Positions 38,699-51,526 are shown, counted from the stretch's first letter. The stretch is DNA of 64,000 nt from Blepharisma stoltei ATCC 30299 (GCA_965603825.1 CBFDEM010000007.1:62001-126000); one strand, 5' to 3'. The notes: generated by a model not told the origin, from the sequence alone. A program made the numbers and translations.

Positions 38699-39091
38699 TA
38701 AGTCGATGCTTTATGGTCAATTTCAGGTCAAACTCAAAATGTAAACTCCTTAACTCAATACCTTCTCAATGCTCTCTTCTCTGACCTTAGATCCTTCTTA
38801 AATCAAAATTTCAAAAAATTTTCGTCAAAATCTGAACCTAAAACACTCAAAATTCTTCCTTAAATCTGTTTTTCTTCACTTTTTTCTTAGGGGCTTATTC
38901 CTAATATATTCCCATACCTTCCATCCTCTTCCCAGGGGTGGGAGCTTAAGTTTTGCCTCCGGCATCTTTATAATTATAGACTTGTTCAGAAAAAGTCCAT
39001 ATATATACTGAAAGCTTTAAAAGGTCCCATACGCGCATAAAAAAAAATCGTTAAAATTTTTTCCCCATTTCATTTTTGTTACGCATTTAAG
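38699..39091. mobile_element. ~389-bp insertion bounded by TAAG direct repeats, ending 25 bp upstream of the full-length gene's ATG
   Basis: TAAG at 38699-38702 and 39088-39091. Copies 1 and 2 read gggctctcaagcaaa contiguously at this site. No clear terminal inverted repeat. Confidence 0.7.
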
Positions 39092-39115
39092 CAAATTTGA
39101 ATTTCTAAGCTCAAA

Positions 39116-42100
39116 ATGAAAAGTCTTATAAGCTTTCTAGCCCTTATATGACTAGCTATTGGAGATCCTACAAGAACTGCTAAAGATGGAAGCTTGGATC
39201 CAGGAAAAATCAGATGGTGGAAAGACAGTTGGGCTCCTAATCCGATTGAGCTCTCTCAAACCAACTCTGGGACTTCCAGTGGTGTTACTGTCACTGTCAA
39301 TTTTAGACCTCAAACATCTTTACCAACAACTGGAAATATGGGGATTGTTATTGTGACTGTACCATCAGCTTTTTCAAGCACAACAACTTATACTTCTGGC
39401 TCTATGGCAATAAAGGCAAATACTGATACTTCGTATTCTTTTACTTTGACAACATCTTTACCTTCTGCCGCAGTCTACGGGCCTTTCCAAATTGTGACTA
39501 AAACTTCAACGTCTGGGCAAATCTATGACGCAAACTACGTTTTCGGTTGTGTCGCAGTTTCAGCCTCAGTGTCTTCAGCTTCTGCGAATTCTTTGACAGT
39601 AAATGCAGTCACTTTGACCTCTAATACAGCTTATGTTGGCTCCTCTGATGGACTTTACTTCACTTTTACAATTCCTGCTGGCACTAATCTTTGGAAACAC
39701 GACATTTTTGAAATAATCCCTGACAGCCGCTGAACAATTCCTTCAAGCCCAACCTGTGCTTCTGTTGATATTTCAGGCACTACTAACAATATCAAAGGTC
39801 CTAAAGGAGACAATAGCCTACCTTGTGCTATTGCAGCTACTGGAGCGGTTAACGGAGGATATAAAACTGCTAAATCAACCGCAACTCCTGCTACAAACAG
39901 TATTTATATATATGGGCTTTCTCAAGACGTGCTTATAACATCAAGTTATCAGGTCAAGCTTCAAGTTTCCAGCTTTACTTTGCCTTCTTCAGCTGTTTCA
40001 TCATCTAGCTTCAGTTGGAATCTAAAAATCTGGAGATGGGGAACCACAAATTTGCTTGCTCAATATGCTGGAACTGGGCCATTGACACCAGCCGCTGGAA
40101 CTATAACAGTAAGCTCATGGGCTCCATATAATTCTAAATTGCAATCAGCAGATATCCCAAATACTACTAACTTATTTTATATCTTTACTACGCTCACTTT
40201 GCAAACAGCTCATCCAATTACAACTGGATCAATTACTATTACCTTTAACAGCAACGTAGATATTATTGGCGGCAAATGGTGGCAAGACGCTTATGATAAT
40301 TCAGGGTCAAATAATAAAGCCTTATGCTTTTTGAATACCTATGCAAATGGTGTGACTTGCTCTGTGGATAGTACGAATCAAGTTGCAAAAATAACTTTTT
40401 TTGAAAAAAGTTCTGGTCTCAAGGCTAATACAGCAATTTCTATTACTCTTTTAGCAAAACTAAGCTCAGGTGCTAAAATTTCTTCAATAACAAGCAATGA
40501 CGCAACTACTTCTACCAATCTTATTGATCAGTTGACTACAGCGTACTCTTGGATATTTAGCAGCTCAGATGCCACCACATCTTTAACGACAATGAATGAT
40601 TTCCAGTTTTATGCAGTTGGTGGAACTGCTTCTGCGAGTTCTAGTGCGCCTGGATCAGTCAAATATAAAGATACAACAACAGCAGCAAACTGGAAAGCAG
40701 GCTTACAAATAGGAGGTAATCTAGCTACTACTCAATTCTTGGTTGGGTCTGCAACGCCAACTAAAACCTGGGTTGCCAATTATAATTTAGTTGTAAACTT
40801 GTCTTTTGCAGACTCAGGAGGAGTGCAACTTAACCAACTTTACATCAAGAAAACTGCACAGTTTTTTGATGTTGCTACAGCCAGTGGATCTACAAGCAAT
40901 ATTGCAATTTCCTCGTCCACATCCTCTGCCAGTGTGCTAAAAGCTGGAACCCCAGGATCAATTAGCATTACAATTGCCTCAGGCTCTGTTCCAGCATCAA
41001 CCTATACTTATGTATTTGCATATGGAGATCCAACAAACGCGGATACTATGGTTACTGCTCTCCCATTCGTCACTTCAAATCTTGCAACCTTCTATGAGAT
41101 TTGGGTTAAGGCATCTCCCCCTTCAGGAACTACAGCACCCTCTGAGTTTTTCAACTACGTTTATTCAGTTGTTCCTGGATCAACAACAGATTCCAGCTTA
41201 ACATATTCTCCGTTATGCACAGACAAATCAGTCGGAGTCCCAATTTATGCAACTTATCATGCACTTGCTCTGACATTCAACTTTGCAGACTCAAAATATC
41301 ACTATTATCTTGATATTGCTTTTACTAGTTCCTCAATCCCTACTAATTTAGGTAGTGGCTTAGATAATGGAAGCGCTTTCCCTGTAGCCTCAGCAACCAC
41401 TGGGTATTCTCCAACCGCCACCATTTCTGGGAATGTAGTCACTATTTCTGGGCTTGGATCTGTGAGTGCGGGCACTTCAGTTAATATGCTCCTCCCGAGT
41501 GGAAACAATGTAGGCTCCAAAGGAACCCTGACTTTTTATTATCTTTTAGATGGAGCAGACCCTTCAAATAAGATGGTCTTATATACAAATTCGGTATCAG
41601 ATTCTCTTGCTGCTACTACTACAAATGTATTCTCCTCAGCAACAATTACAAGTCCTTCCAGTGGTTATACTGTAGCAACTTCTTCGGCTACCACTCTAAA
41701 CCTCAAGTTTGGAACAGATAACACACAAATCTCTAATTATGTTGGAATTGGCTTGTCTCCAGGTTTTACTTTGCCAAGTAGCTATACATTGACTATAGGA
41801 TCAACACCAACAACATTATCACCAGTTTATGGTATTTCTTCGTCAAGCAGCACCTTTAAAGGCGGGTTCGTTGTTGGATTCATTCCAGGCTCAGCCACAG
41901 TCAAAATTGGAACCACTGCTCTTGATTTGAAATTAAGTAGTTTAAATGCTCCATTGACTACTGGAGCGAGTTCAGATGCTAATACAGGCGGAAGTTTTGT
42001 TGTGTATGCAACAGGCGCAATGGGAGCAGCATGTGTAGCTATTAACTCAGTTTCTAATCAGGTAAATGCTGCTAAAATTACAACAGATTCATGCTCAACG

Positions 42101-45100
42101 GACAAGTCATACACTCAAGGTTCAGATTCAGTTGATTCTACTCTAACGCTTTCATTTACCGCTATAAATCCAATCCCTGCTGATGGTAGTATTGTTTTTA
42201 CTATATCAAGCTCATTCAGTGTTTTCACCTCAAGTTCATCATTCCCTCTTACAACTTGTCAAGGAGTTGGGTTAACTGACTACTCTTCAACTGTAGCTCA
42301 AAAATGCGAAGTAACTTCAACACAAATTAAACTGTCTAAATTTTCTCAAATTGCTGCAGGTTCAGTCAGTGTAAAAGTTTACCATGCAGTCCCATCCTCC
42401 ACCTCTGCAACGGCATTAACTTGCTTTTCAGCTGTAAATACTTATGATTCAAATGGCTATCTTATAGACTCTGTAACTAGTAGTTTACAGAACACTCTTA
42501 CAGCTACCACATCATCTCAAGCAGGTACCACAAATACCAATTCTTTTACATCTAAAGCCTATCCAAATGTAGCTGGGGCTGTGGCTGATATATATCTTAC
42601 CTTTTCGTTATCAAAGGCTGTCCCTCAGTATGGCATCATAACTATTACTGCAGGATTTGTCAGCTCATTATCCTACTCCTCTGGAGATATCTCAAGTTCT
42701 TGCTGGACTGACCAAGACTATTATTCTTGCCAAGCTTCAGGCACTTCGATTAGTATACAATTAAGCAATGCTCTTGCTGCAAATACGGCAATGAAGGTTT
42801 ACCTGGATATGGCTTTAACTCTTCCTACCTCCAATTCTACATCCACAGGCTGGACAATTAAATCCTCGTGGGGTGAAGTCTCAATCACAGCTGATTCTAC
42901 TTCTGCATCCCCTGCAACATTCCAACAGGTAATAGGAACTGCTGTAAGCAACGCTATCACTTTAAGCTCAGTTGCCGCTGTTAACTCACAAACTGCAGAT
43001 GAGACGACTTCTTATACCTTTACTTTCACATCAGCTGTTTTGGTGGCTACGACTGATTCCTTTGTGATTGAGTTCCCTAAAGACTTTAGCCCTCTTCTTG
43101 GACTTGCTAGTGCTGTATTCCCTGACTGCTCACCTAATAACTACTATACTACTTGCAGCTCAACTGCTTTAGGAATTTCTAGCGGAACTTATTGCAGCGT
43201 TGACCATTGGAAACTTACTGTCACTGGAATTACTAAGGGAACATCTGCGACTACTACAAATATTGATATTACTGTGGATGGAATCCAAAACCCAGCATCA
43301 GTTTCTGGAAAATTCAACTTATACCAATATGGCTCAGATGGATCTGTTAAGGCTTATATACAGAAAACAGGTTCACTGACTATTGCAAGTCTTCCATCAA
43401 CGATTGTTTCTCTTAAAGATGCCACAGTGGATACTACAACTCTGTCGAAATCAGCTACGTATACATTTGATTTCTACCTTTCCTCATCCACCACCTTTAC
43501 TACAGACCACATCATCTCAATCTATTTCCCATCGCAATTCAACAATAAATTAAGAAACGGAAGCACAGTTCCTTGCAAGTCTGTCTACTATGACGAATCA
43601 TCCTCATCTACCAGCACCACAACAAGCAATACTTTAAGCTCTGCAACCTCATGTTCAGTCTCAGGAAGCAACGTCACCCTTGCCTTCCCAAGCTCATTGA
43701 CCACAGCTACTGCAACAACCTCCAGAATTCAACTCCAACTGACAGGTTTCTATAACCCTGAATCAGGCATATCAAGAACCGCTGGGTGGGATATATCTGA
43801 TTATTCCACTTTTAGCTCGTCTAAATTTGACCAATACAGTAATAAGTTTTCTATTGCAATCAACCAAAACAGTAAAACTCAGATTTACGCAGAAAGCTGG
43901 CCTAACCTTAACTCAGCCTTTATTGGAGTACACTTGTAGGCTCATGGCTCTGGGTATTCGATCGCCTAGCCACTGCTTCCTCTTCAAAAATTTCATTATT
44001 GCCTGGTACACAAAGCACTGATCATACTATGTGTCGATTCTTGATAGCAATAGCTGGCCTATGAAGTCAAAATCGTATAAAGTGAGCCCAATTTCAAATG
44101 CAAATTACCCTGATAGCTCAACCCTCAAATATTCATCAACTTTCCATGCCTACACTATTTTCCAGATGAATTCTCAGTTCAATTTCAGAGTAGCCGCTAC
44201 AAGCAGTGCAGCAACTGGAATTTATTACATCGACTGGGGAACACCTACTGAAAAACTTCAAGATGGAGTTACTAATTCTTTATATGTCGCTCCATTGAGT
44301 ACAATGATTGAAGTCTGCAGCTCCTTGTCTACTGCAACTGTCACTGTCGACACTTTACCAACCCTCTACCAATACTGAACCAGCATTCCAATCAAAGTAT
44401 ATCTTGCAAATGCCCCTGCTTCCCAGTTAACAGTAACCCCTACATTCTCAGTCGCAGGATTTACAGTCACCCCGAATTCTCTTACTTTTGACTATGGTGT
44501 CAATACTCTTTACTTCCAAGTTAATGTTGGCTCTACCTATACAGCCTCAACCACATCACCAACTGTTAGCTTTACTTTGGGAGGAACTGACGCTGCTGCT
44601 TTTGCAGCACCTAACAAGCAGACAGTAACTGTTTCAACAAGCTATCCTTCCATTGTGGCAGCCACTCCTGGACTATCGATCACTAAGGTAAGTGCTTCTG
44701 AAGTTAAAGTTGCAGTCACATCAACAATTGCAGGAGTTTTGTATTGGGGACTTGGATGCCAAGGCTCTCATGTTCTTAATTTTGCTGGCCTGTCATCCCT
44801 GGTTTCTGATCTTGTGACACCATCTAAGAGTATTCAAAGCCTTCAGGAGCAATTGTCCGAACAATACCTAAGTACAGAAACTGATATCGATACAACTAAA
44901 GATACTGATATTAATGCATTTTTCAAAAGAATTCATTCAGAGCATTGCAGTGACTACTGGGCTTCTTCACAGGTTATCACTACAGCTGGAGCTACTATTG
45001 ATTTGAATTGGCTGATGGCAGGAACAAGCTATACTTTTTCAGCTTATATTGCTACAAGATTGACCAACAACACAGCTGCTTATCCTCTAAATACTTATAA

Positions 45101-45896
45101 CTTTACTACAGATGCAGCAGCACAATACTATAGCACCTCTGTCACTTTCTCTGGATCTGTTCCTTCAACTTCAAGCAGCGGTATTGCTAAAGTGTTAGCT
45201 AAAAATATGGGTGTCAACCCTTCATGGCTTACTTATGTAAGTTCATCAAGAAGAATGCTACAAAGCTCTTCTGGCTCTACCACTACAACAACATTTGTTT
45301 ATAATGTGCTTTCTGATAGCAGATATCCAGCCTATACTTCTTCAGGCATGATTTCTAATCTCAATACTAATCAGGCCCAAGCAACTTCAGACTTCTCTAG
45401 CGCATTAGCATTAACCTCAACAGCCCTTGGAACATCCACAGCTGTCACAACTGGAACAGCTCCATCATGGTCCACTGCTCCTGCAAAGACTGCAAACACT
45501 GATACCTCTGCAACCTTCACTGCAGCTTCATCACAGGCTGGAACCATATATGTTTCTTGCACAGATAACGACCTTACAGGCCGCATTACTTATGCATGGC
45601 AAGTTACTAATGGATTAGATGCAACTACTGAGAAAGTTCCTTCAGCAAATGTAGCCAGTGTTGCAACCACCAGTGAAACTCTTACAGTTTCAGGTTTGTC
45701 CGCAGGGACTTCTTATGCTTGCTACTTCACTGCTTGCAATAGTTACCCAGTAACACCTTCTTGCATTGAATATACCTCAACTACTCCTTTGCAAAGCATT
45801 ACATTTAAGACTTCTGGATCCTCAAGCAGTGACAGCAGTGCAGTTATGATGGGCGCAAGTGCACTTTTGGCTTTTATCTTAACCTTACTTAACTAA
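39116..45896 (+). CDS. Full-length Ser/Thr-rich surface protein (copy 5, type B), about 2,260 aa, signal peptide and GPI-anchor-type C-terminus
   Basis: MKSLISFLALIWLAIGDP... to ...SSSSDSSAVMMGASALLAFILTLLN-TAA. Open with UGA=Trp except for a net +1 frame disruption between about 43928 and 44025. An RRMLQ dibasic motif lies near 45250. Confidence 0.75.
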
Positions 45897-47224
45897 GCTT
45901 TATCTTTAACTTTGCCTTTACAATTAATTTTTCAGCTTAAACATATTAAAAATTAAGCATTATCTATTAAAAAGAGCAAATCTTATGGCTAATTCATCTA
46001 TATTTTTTATAACCTGGAACTTGACTGGCTAGAAAGCCTAAGCTTGCCAATCTTTTTCAGATCCTATAAATTCTTAGTTTTTAGGTTTTTCTATTTAATT
46101 ATGCCTCATTTTCTGTTATTTTATGCTTATGCATTTTATCTTGTGCTTATCTCATACTTATCTGCCTCTATTTCTAATTTAAGTGGAGATGAAGCAGCCA
46201 TATAGTAAAAATGCTTTGTATACCAGATAGACAGTATTTATGTTTCCTTCTGGGGTTAACAAAAAAGCTTTTCTTGAATTTTAATATAGGAAAGTTCATT
46301 ATGCTTTTTAACAATTTTTCAAAACGAAGCCCTTTCTTTTATTCTTTTCCTTAAAGAAAAACAGAATTAATTTACAATATTTTCTGATAAAGCTATCTGA
46401 TTTTAATTCTTATATAGCAATGAAGCTTTTAAAAAAACTTAAAAAGCTCACAAGGTATTAAATCTCCATATTCCAATGCATTTAATTTGCTTATAATAGA
46501 AATATTGTGAATATCTTCAATAATTCTCTTTAGAAGATGATAACAACTATTTTCTAGATCAGTTAAGTTTTTTTGCCTTGTATAATGAAAAGAGGATTTC
46601 CTTATGAATACAAGCTATGGATTTAATTTTTCAAAGAAGTTCAGACTTTGTATTGTAAACCGAGAGAGTAGTGGGTCAAATTCCTATTTATTCTTCTGCT
46701 TCAATGTTCTAATTTAAGATCTTGATTTTTGGTGTTCAGTCTTGCAGCTAATTGGTCTAATATTCCTGTCATCTTTTACTATTGTATTTAGAAAAATTAG
46801 TCTTGGTGCTTTAAATTGTAAGTATTGTATCAAAATTATTCTATTATATGGACTGATTGTCGAGAGAATTTTTAAATCTATATATATTGCATGCGCTCGA
46901 GTCTTCTCTGATTTTTTCATATTTCCCCTTTTTTATATAAAAATTTAATTTGTGTTGATTTTTCTTTTACCCAAAGAAGATTAATCTCAGAAACCCTTAT
47001 AAATTTCTTATGCAAAAAGACTAATAATATAAAAACTTTAAAAATATTGTTTATTTTCTAGCAAATTTATGAATTATATCTAGAAAATAAAGTGTTTCGG
47101 CTTCAGACATTAATTTAATTTTTAGACTGATGATAGCAATTTTATAAGCTTAGACTAGTTAAAATAAGGTTTAGCAATCGATTTTGCTATGAAGCATTTA
47201 ATTTTTTATTAATCGAGTCTAAAA

Positions 47225-48065
47225 ATGCCAAGAAGGCCTGACTCATCAAATCTGTTTTGGAATTTGGTCAATGATTAAGTAGACGGGAAGGAAATTTGAG
47301 GTATTTTGCCTAAGATAGTAAAAAAAATTTGCTATTGGATGAGCCGGAGTAAAAATGAGCTGAGACTTAAAGGAGCGATGAAGATGAAGGCGAGAGTGGG
47401 TATGGCAAGAAGGTCTAATAGGCTACACAAGGAAATAGCTTGCATAAGGTATATCTACTGTATTGAAAAAGAGTAATCCAGGTGATGGATAGAGCATGCA
47501 AGATAAAAATGAGTATAAGGGAAGAAACAAAATACTAGAATCACAAAGATTTTCCAGAATTAATGACTGAATTAGAAGAAGTGACCCTTGAAGAGCCTGA
47601 GGTTAAACTTCCGGATTAATTAAAGCATCTAGAAAGAAAGGGGTGAAGATGAAGAAGGAAGAGAAAATTGAGCACCTGGGAAAAGAGAAGGATCACGGTG
47701 GACTCCTTAGTTTATCAAGGACTTTAGATGATTGAGATGATCCTAAGGGAGCAGCAAAAAGAGAGGATGAAAAAGAAGGGAGGAGCTGAAGTTGAAGATG
47801 AAAAAGAAGATAAAGGCGGAAATGAAAAAGAGCAGAAAATACAGGTGCTAACTTGGAGAAAGGCATAGATGGATGAGAAAAATCCAATAAAAGCTTGGAG
47901 AGAAGCAAGAGTGATGTGTAGATGCAGTAATAAAGCTATTTCATTGAGAAATACTTAGGAATAAGCGTGGAGAGAAGCTTTGCTAAAAACATTGGCTGAT
48001 GTAAAAGAAGTAGCAGCAAATAGTGGAGGACTTAAGATGAAATAGAACTATTTTAAGTTGACTAA
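47225..48065 (+). pseudogene. Decayed Glu/Lys-rich gene, repeat copy f
   Basis: Homologous to 6331-7182. Confidence 0.6.
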
Positions 48066-48714
48066 TTGGGAAAAACCCACATGGGCTGTATTAGACCTAA
48101 TAAATGATGATGGTAATGATGCTATCAAGAGTCCCAATTTTTAATCACTCTTTTAGATATTTATAAGAAATTTGCAAGATTATATCAATAAAATGATTTT
48201 CATGCCGTGCTGCTTTGGTATTAGCAAACGATTTCAAAGCATCAAAAATATTATAAAATTTAGAAAATCCTAAATTCCAAGCAAAACTTCAAAGATGTTT
48301 TACATTTTTATGTGAAGCTATTATACCCAATAATAAGTGCAAATGCATTTGATTTTAAAAATTTTGAAATAATTTTTAATTTTGCAATATACTCATTGAA
48401 CGATTATATACAAAAAATCAGAGAAAAATATTATAAACAAGAGAATGTTTAAAAAAATTAAAAACACTGCTGGAAATGGATTTACAAAACACAAATTTAA
48501 TATTGAGAAAAATCCTCACTAAAAAGATAAAAATATTTAAAATTTAAAGTGCGAGAAAATAGATAAAAGAGATCGAATTTTTTAGTATGGCTTAACGCAA
48601 TAGCAAGAAGTGGGGCTAGCATTAGTATCAGCTTAATTCAAGGATCAATTAATTAAAGGCCTCTTTGATAAGGCTTTAATTTAATTCTCTTGAATTTAAT
48701 TAATGTTTTTTCTT

Positions 48715-48985
48715 CTATAATGCAACAGTCTTCCAATCTCTCCTGCTTCTCAATTAGTAATCACCCCTGCATTTTCAGTCACAGGACTCTACCTATCTTG
48801 CCTTTAACCTTTTATTTTTTAAGATAAGTTTGCTCATCTTATAAAGTTTCTAAAAAGCAGTCAATTCTTTAATTTGCCTTGTAGGAATTGATTTTACCAG
48901 CTTAAAAGCACCATTTAAGGTGGCAGCTGCCGCTTCCTCAAGCTATTCTTCTGTTGTCAAAGTCACTAAAGGATTATCAGTCACA
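48715..48985 (+). pseudogene. Relic of the surface-protein C-terminal half
   Basis: cctgcttctcaattagtaatcacccctgcattttcagtcacagga vs cctgcttcccagttaacagtaacccctacattctcagtcgcagga near 44415. Confidence 0.6.
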
Positions 48986-49682
48986 AAAGTCTTATTTTAG
49001 TTATTTTTAATTCGACTAGCCACCACTGTATAAGTAGAGATTTTCACTCCTGATCAAGATTGCTACTTTTTGAAGCAGTTTTCTCAGTTATCTGGCTCTG
49101 TCAGTCTTCTCAAGTTGCTCAAAGATTTTTGATCCATATTTTGCTTTCTAACTTTTAGGATTCTTAGTACCGATTTAATAGCTAGAAAACTAAGCCAAAA
49201 GCCTACCAAATTATTTTACTTTTCTCTAAATTCAACCATCTGAAATAGCTGTAATTAATTTTTCTTGCATAACTAGGCCTAGCTTATTAGCATGCAAAAC
49301 TTTACCTTCAAAGCAATCTTAAAACACTTGGAAGAAATTCAAAAAATAATTGGCTTGACTTGTGAATAGTTGATCATAATTCTTTAATTTTCTTCATAAC
49401 TTGAATTTAAGCAGCCAAAAATAGGCTTAATAATTCAATCTGAAGCATAGTTCTAGGATTATGAACTCAAATATCGTTAATGTGTGATATGCTTTACTGC
49501 AAAATAAAAAATTCCAAAACATTTTGAACTTAATGTTTTATGTTAAAAATTCTTTATAAGTAGTTATTAGGCTTTAAATCCTTCTTATTCTTTGATTTTT
49601 CTTCACAAATGAAACCTCTTTATTCTTTTCCATTTTGATGTTGATTTAATAAGAAAAAAACTTTCATATCATATTTATATTA

Positions 49683-50045
49683 ATGGTAGGGTGGAAATAC
49701 GAAGTATTTGACTGCAGCGAAAACTACTACATGTTTTTCTGGGCTTTATGCATCCCTTGCGGCTATCATTGTATGCAAGTCTTCTCAGCAAAATTGGCTG
49801 AGCCAAGTAATAAAGAAGCTGCTTTTAGAGCTTGTACACTAGTAATGCTTTTAGGGTGCTTTGGAGGTTCAATAAATCGAAAATTGCTTCGAAAAGTCCT
49901 TAGAATCCCAGATAACCCGTTTAGCGATTTTATTCACGTTCTAATGCCATGCTGTGCAGCAACACAAGAATGGATGCAAGTTATGAGCATCCAGAAAGGA
50001 GATCCAAAGGTAACAATTACAAAATTAAAGAAGATTCGCTCTTAA
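49683..50045 (+). CDS. PLAC8-family Cys-rich protein, 120 aa
   Basis: W...VFDC...LCIPC...NR..LR..L.I....FSD..H...PCCAATQE matches the PLAC8 pattern. Confidence 0.8.
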   Translation: MVGWKYEVFDCSENYYMFFWALCIPCGYHCMQVFSAKLAEPSNKEAAFRACTLVMLLGCFGGSINRKLLRKVLRIPDNPFSDFIHVLMPCCAATQEWMQVMSIQKGDPKVTITKLKKIRS

Positions 50046-50751
50046 AAGGCTAATCATATAATAATTGACAATATTTTTCCTAAACTGTCTTCATCGATAA
50101 AAAATCTGTAAATTGAACTATTAAATTCTAAAAGGGATTTTTAAAAAGTTTATAAGTAAATTTATAAATTTAGATATCGAATAATTATAGGCTTATCAAA
50201 CTCTAGATTACTCTGAAGAAGGCATGGTATTTTAAGGTAAATTAAAAATTTTTGGATAATTTTTATATTTTTTAAAAGCTGGTAATGCTTCTAGACTCAA
50301 ATTGTGTCTTATTGACACTGAAACCTTTTTATAATTCTTAAAAGTTTTCTATCTTATTTCAATTTTTAACTCAAAAGATTAGATTATCCGTTTTCTAACT
50401 TTATTCCCTATTATATTTTATTTTAGAAACAAAAAACAGTTAAAAATAATTAAAAGTAAATTAGTCTAAAATCAAGCTGATTAATAATTTTATTTGATTA
50501 TTATACATTATTGTTTTATTCACAATGACAAATATTAAGTTATTTAAAAATTTTATAGTAAAATTTGTAAAAATTTCAATTAATCTTTCGCTTTTAGAAT
50601 GCTTTGGCTCTCATCTCTAAAATTGAGCTATTTTTAAACGATATTTAATTAATTCTGTCAAGGTAAAAAATTGATTATTAAATACGCAGCATGAAATTGA
50701 TGGGAACTTCCAAATTCTAATTATCCCAGGGGGTATAATTTTTATTTCCCA

Positions 50752-51486
50752 ATGGCAATCAAAAAATCTTCCCTAGATCTCAACTCTCTCCCAGCCAGTT
50801 TTCTTAGAGTCTTAAAAGAAGAAGACATTCGAAGATGCACAAGAGTTTACAACGTTGAAGAACAAGAAGAAATAAAACCCTTCAAGAGGCCAGCAGAAGT
50901 CGAAATAAGCCCTGAGCCTTTAAAGAAAATCCACTCAGCGATTTCAGCTTGTTCTTATGATGTCCCTGACTTTGCATCCAGATGTCTTGAAGATTTAAAC
51001 GAAATTTTTAGAGGAAAAATCATGCCTCCCCCTTCTCCTCCACCTGCAGACATCCCTCAAGTCGATTCGATAATAGAAAAACCAATAGAAAACGATGAAG
51101 AAGAGCCTGAATGGCCTGAAATAAAAAATGATCAAGAATATTTGCATCCTTTATTGCAGCTGGCAATTGAGCTGGACAAGGCTACAAAGTTTTCGATGGC
51201 TCAGATGAAGATTGTTGAGAAATATCAAGTGCCTTTCTTTCGTAACCAAGATAAAAATAACAAAAAATTCGAAAAAAGGAGAGATAGAGGGAGATCTAAG
51301 AATGCTTTCGATATAAGCGTGATGCTAGCTGAGCTTCCAAAGGAAGAAAAAGCACTGATATTTAGGAAATATGTGATTAAAAGGGTGAATATTGGATATT
51401 CACAGAGAAAAATCGCATATGAACAGTATATTGAAAATATGACGAACCAAAAAATAGAAAAGAAAGAAATTGTAAGCGCCACTTAA
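50752..51486 (+). CDS. Hypothetical protein, 244 aa, charged and Pro-rich
   Basis: Intact ATG-TAA ORF with coding-like composition between AT-rich flanks. No family recognised. Confidence 0.75.
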   Translation: MAIKKSSLDLNSLPASFLRVLKEEDIRRCTRVYNVEEQEEIKPFKRPAEVEISPEPLKKIHSAISACSYDVPDFASRCLEDLNEIFRGKIMPPPSPPPADIPQVDSIIEKPIENDEEEPEWPEIKNDQEYLHPLLQLAIELDKATKFSMAQMKIVEKYQVPFFRNQDKNNKKFEKRRDRGRSKNAFDISVMLAELPKEEKALIFRKYVIKRVNIGYSQRKIAYEQYIENMTNQKIEKKEIVSAT

Positions 51487-51526
51487 TATAATAAATTATT
51501 AATTTTTTCTAATTTTTGCAGTTATT

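Noticed and set aside
43928-43969. GT-AG pairs (12-nt GTACACTTGTAG and 16-nt GTATTCGATCGCCTAG) that together would restore the frame of copy 5
   Set aside because: The first is shorter than heterotrich introns, the second is GC-rich and lacks the conserved branch A, and the resulting peptide is unlike the family composition.
2089-45618. Many short antisense or off-frame track ORFs overlapping the surface genes (e.g. 2187, 4387, 17200, 27407, 45371)
   Set aside because: Shadows of Ser/Thr-rich coding sequence; they recur only because the host genes are paralogous.
6414-47908. Minus-strand Ser/Leu/Phe-rich ORFs over the purine-rich blocks
   Set aside because: Antisense read-outs of the GA-rich decayed repeat, with no consistent start or stop among copies.
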